A DNA stretch of 48,277 bases from an uncultured Planctomycetales bacterium (GTDB lineage: Bacteria; Omnitrophota; Gorgyraeia; Gygaellales; Profunditerraquicolaceae), in NCBI GenBank assembly GCA_964645795.1, contig CAZYCL010000005.1, positions 124,771-173,047 of the forward strand, read 5' to 3'. The position numbers and the translations under genes were made by a program. The notes under the pieces are model-generated. The model was not told the DNA's origin, did not search any database, and saw nothing but the letters and a program-made list of their open reading frames with translations. Of this stretch, positions 45,684 to 48,277 are shown in pieces. The stretch's first letter is position 1. Each line of letters starts with the position of its first letter.

Positions 45684-46214
45684 ATGACCGAGAAGATCAT
45701 TATTGCCGGAGCGGGAGGTCAGGGGATCATGCTGGCGGGAAAGGTCCTGGCCGAGTCGGCTATGCGCCAGGATAAGCGCGTAACGTGGCTGCCGGCCTAC
45801 GGGGCAGAGGTACGCGGAGGTGCGGCTTACTGCATGGTAGTAATATCTGATGAAGAGATCGGCTCCCCTTTTATCGAAAAAGCGGATACGTTGATCGTCA
45901 TGAACGAGCCGTCATTACGTAAATTCCAGGCCAGGGTGCAAACTGGCGGCTTGGCGATCATTAACAGCTCCCTGGCCGAGGCCAACGCCTGCCGCCTGCG
46001 TCGCACACTCAAGCACCCTTTTACGGAGATTGCGGTGGAGCTGGGTAATATCAAGGTAGCCAATATGGTGGCTCTCGGCTGTTATCTGGGGGTAAGAAAG
46101 AATATAAGCCCGGAGACGGTCATCGCGGTTATGCGGGATTACGCCCCCAAGGACAAGCCCGAGGTCTTTGCGGCCAACAGGGCCGCGTTGTTGAAAGGGA
46201 AAGAGTTGTCATGA
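45684..46214 (+). CDS. 2-oxoacid:ferredoxin oxidoreductase gamma subunit
   Basis: AGAGGQGIM, PAYGAEVRGGAA, NMVALG. Confidence 0.92.
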   Translation: MTEKIIIAGAGGQGIMLAGKVLAESAMRQDKRVTWLPAYGAEVRGGAAYCMVVISDEEIGSPFIEKADTLIVMNEPSLRKFQARVQTGGLAIINSSLAEANACRLRRTLKHPFTEIAVELGNIKVANMVALGCYLGVRKNISPETVIAVMRDYAPKDKPEVFAANRAALLKGKELS

Positions 46215-47506
46215 TAAGGGTAAGATTTGCCCCCAGCCCGACAGGCAACTTGCACATCGGCGGCGCAAGGACCGCGCTTTTTAACTGGCTGTATGCCAGG
46301 TCAAGAAAGGGAGAGTTTGTTTTAAGGATCGAAGATACCGATGCCAAGCGCTCCAGGCAGGAGTATGTCGACGAAATACTCTATAGCCTTGGATGGCTGG
46401 GTTTTAACTGGGACAAAATCTATTATCAGAGCCAGAGGCTTGAGGTTTATCTTGATTCTGCCCGCAGGCTCCTTAAACAGGGTCTGGCCTATACCGAGAA
46501 GTCTGCCGACGGAAACGGCGAGGCGATAATATTCAAAGTCCGGCCTCAGGAGGTCGTGGTTAACGACCTTATCCGCGGCCGGATCTCCTTCGACTCCGAG
46601 AATATTAAAGACCAGGTGCTTATCAAATCCGACGGCACCCCTACTTATAATTTTGCCTGCGTAGTAGACGACGCGGAAATGGGCATATCCCATATCATCC
46701 GCGGTGACGACCACATCTCCAATACGCCCAAGCAGGTCCTTTTATATCAGTCCCTGGGATTAAGACTTCCGGAGTTCGCGCACCTGCCTTTGATCATGGG
46801 CTCCGACGGCAGGCTCTCCAAGAGGACCGGGGCCACAGCTATAAGCGATTACCGTAAGTTAGGGTATCTGGCCGAGGCGCTGGTCAACTACCTTTTGCTG
46901 CTTTCCTGGTCTCCCGGAGACAACCGCGAGGTCATAGATATAAAAGAAGCGGCAAAGATATTCGATATAAAGCAGGTTAACAAGACTGCGGCCGCCTTTG
47001 ATCTGAATAAGCTCAGTTGGATGAACAACCAGTATATAAAAAGCTACGACACCCAAAAGCTCGCCGACCTACTTGTCCCGGAGCTCGCCGAAAGAGGGCT
47101 GATAGACGGCAATAATTTTGATAGAAATTACCTCAATTCTTTAGTAAAATTATTCCAAGACCGGATGAACACCCTGCTGGAGTTTGCCGAGCGCGCAGAC
47201 TTCTTTTTCTGCGAAGACCCGGCCATGGACCAGAAGGCCAAGGAGAAGTATCTTTCTAGGGATCTTTCCAGGGAGTTCAGGATGTTCAGCCAGAGATTAA
47301 GCAGCCTGCCTGTCTTTGATACCGCTTCCATCGAGATCTCTTTTCGCCAAATGGTGGCAGAGCTTGGAATAGAAAGCAAGGCCCTTATCCATCCCGTAAG
47401 GGTAGCCCTGACAGGCAAGACCGTAGGGCCGGGGCTTTTTGATGTCATATATCATCTTGGGTTGGATAGGACCAAAGAGCGGCTGGCAAAATTCATAAAG
47501 GAGTAG
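46211..47506 (+). CDS. gltX: Glutamyl-tRNA synthetase
   Basis: RFAPSPTGNLHIGG, RIEDTD, YNFACVVDD, RGDDH, LSKR, GPGLF. Confidence 0.97.
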   Translation: MIRVRFAPSPTGNLHIGGARTALFNWLYARSRKGEFVLRIEDTDAKRSRQEYVDEILYSLGWLGFNWDKIYYQSQRLEVYLDSARRLLKQGLAYTEKSADGNGEAIIFKVRPQEVVVNDLIRGRISFDSENIKDQVLIKSDGTPTYNFACVVDDAEMGISHIIRGDDHISNTPKQVLLYQSLGLRLPEFAHLPLIMGSDGRLSKRTGATAISDYRKLGYLAEALVNYLLLLSWSPGDNREVIDIKEAAKIFDIKQVNKTAAAFDLNKLSWMNNQYIKSYDTQKLADLLVPELAERGLIDGNNFDRNYLNSLVKLFQDRMNTLLEFAERADFFFCEDPAMDQKAKEKYLSRDLSREFRMFSQRLSSLPVFDTASIEISFRQMVAELGIESKALIHPVRVALTGKTVGPGLFDVIYHLGLDRTKERLAKFIKE

Positions 47507-47509
47507 ATT

Positions 47510-47713
47510 ATGGGTAAAAATAGCGGTATCTGGGTGATGGTTTTGGTCTTAGTGGCAAGCTTCTTGCTTTGCGGCTGTGAAACGATAAGAGGCGCCGGAG
47601 AAGGCCTGGCTTATACCGTTAACAGCGCTGGCCAGGGTTTGGCTAAAGACACCAAGAAAAGCTGGAATTTCATCCAAGATGCCGACGAATGGATGAAGGC
47701 TAATCTCTGGTAG
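47510..47713 (+). CDS. Small entericidin-like lipoprotein
   Basis: Lipobox LCGC followed by the amphipathic ETIRGAGEG...GQGLAKD. Confidence 0.7.
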   Translation: MGKNSGIWVMVLVLVASFLLCGCETIRGAGEGLAYTVNSAGQGLAKDTKKSWNFIQDADEWMKANLW

Positions 47714-47734
47714 CCCCCACAGGAAGGCCATATT

Positions 47735-48142
47735 ATGCAGGATGAAAACAATATGAACAACAGGCGTCTTTCAAACCGGGTGCGCGTAAGCCTTACCGTC
47801 TTCTACCGCGTGCATAAGCCCCTTACGGTTCAGATGATAATCGGGGGCAAGCTTATCGAGGCCAGGATGTCGGACTTAAGCGAAAGCGGGATGGCGATAC
47901 TTACCGAACATAACGTACCTACTTCTTCCGAGATGCTCATCAGGTTCACCCTCTTTAAATCCGACGAACAGGATGTCGGCTTCTACGGTCCGGTAGAGAT
48001 AGTCGGCCAGGTCTGTTACAACAACCGTCTTTCGGAGAACGAATACAGGCTGGGCGTCAACTTCATCAAGATGGAGGAGAGGGATAAAAAGGAGATCAGG
48101 GATTTTGTCAGGAGCGTAGGCAATCTTTTGGGGGAGCAGTAA
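47735..48142 (+). CDS. Stand-alone PilZ-domain c-di-GMP receptor
   Basis: RxxxR (RLSNR) and DxSxxG (DLSESG) motifs, ending LGVNF. Confidence 0.88.
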   Translation: MQDENNMNNRRLSNRVRVSLTVFYRVHKPLTVQMIIGGKLIEARMSDLSESGMAILTEHNVPTSSEMLIRFTLFKSDEQDVGFYGPVEIVGQVCYNNRLSENEYRLGVNFIKMEERDKKEIRDFVRSVGNLLGEQ

Positions 48143-48157
48143 TCCCGCCGAGCATTT

Positions 48158-48231
48158 TGCCCTCTAGTGCAATGGTAGCACGACTGGCTCTGGACCAGTT
48201 AGTTGAGGTTCGAATCCTCAGGGGGCAGCCA
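48158..48231 (+). tRNA. tRNA-Gln (CTG), CCA encoded
   Basis: TGCCCTC/GGGGGCA acceptor, D-stem GTGC/GCAC, anticodon stem ACTGG/CCAGT with loop CTCTGGA, T-loop TTCGAAT. Confidence 0.95.
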
Positions 48232-48277
48232 TTGTTGACAACTATCCGAAACTTCGGGTAGCGATACAGTGGATGCA

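Overview
Bacterial chromosomal window spanning the replication origin. Genes diverge around dnaA: dnaA-dnaN-dciA(DUF721)-gyrB-gyrA-tRNA-Glu on the minus strand, and rpmH-yidD-yidC-jagN-parAB plus about 37 kb of mostly housekeeping genes on the plus strand (ndk, yicC, gmk, rpoZ, coaC, tRNA-Cys/Val/Leu, thrS-infC-rpmI-rplT, trkA-trkA-trkH, pheST, 6S RNA, rarA, an EF-G fusion, cyclophilin, UvrD/PcrA, nifU, ygfA, rny, ymdB, a GH39-like protein, xseAB, dxs, a 4-subunit 2-oxoacid:ferredoxin oxidoreductase, gltX, PilZ, tRNA-Gln). Gene content suggests an anaerobic Gram-negative organism; Candidatus Omnitrophota (PVC) is my unverified guess. Two things stand out. (1) A full-length, motif-intact elongation factor G is fused in frame behind a transmembrane helix, a ~185-aa coiled coil and a Pro/Glu/Ala-rich linker, i.e. 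a predicted membrane-tethered EF-G. (2) There is an apparent tRNA-targeting micro-element system. A small GIY-YIG nuclease sits between two copies of the 5' half of tRNA-Glu, and the orphaned copy is interrupted by four TCCCG...CGGGA hairpins in tandem pairs with no target duplication. The tRNA-Val gene is preceded by two aborted 5' copies that break at the same tRNA position (13/14) into paired hairpins. Related palindromes recur elsewhere, including a 52-bp co-varying element found twice. Also notable: octamer tandem repeats inside pheT and vorB, an unannotated 38-aa membrane peptide in the Trk operon, a GH39-like protein lacking its acid/base Glu, and absence of rnpA, recF and mnmEG-rsmG from their usual positions. 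All calls are from reading the sequence; no database searches or folding programs were run.
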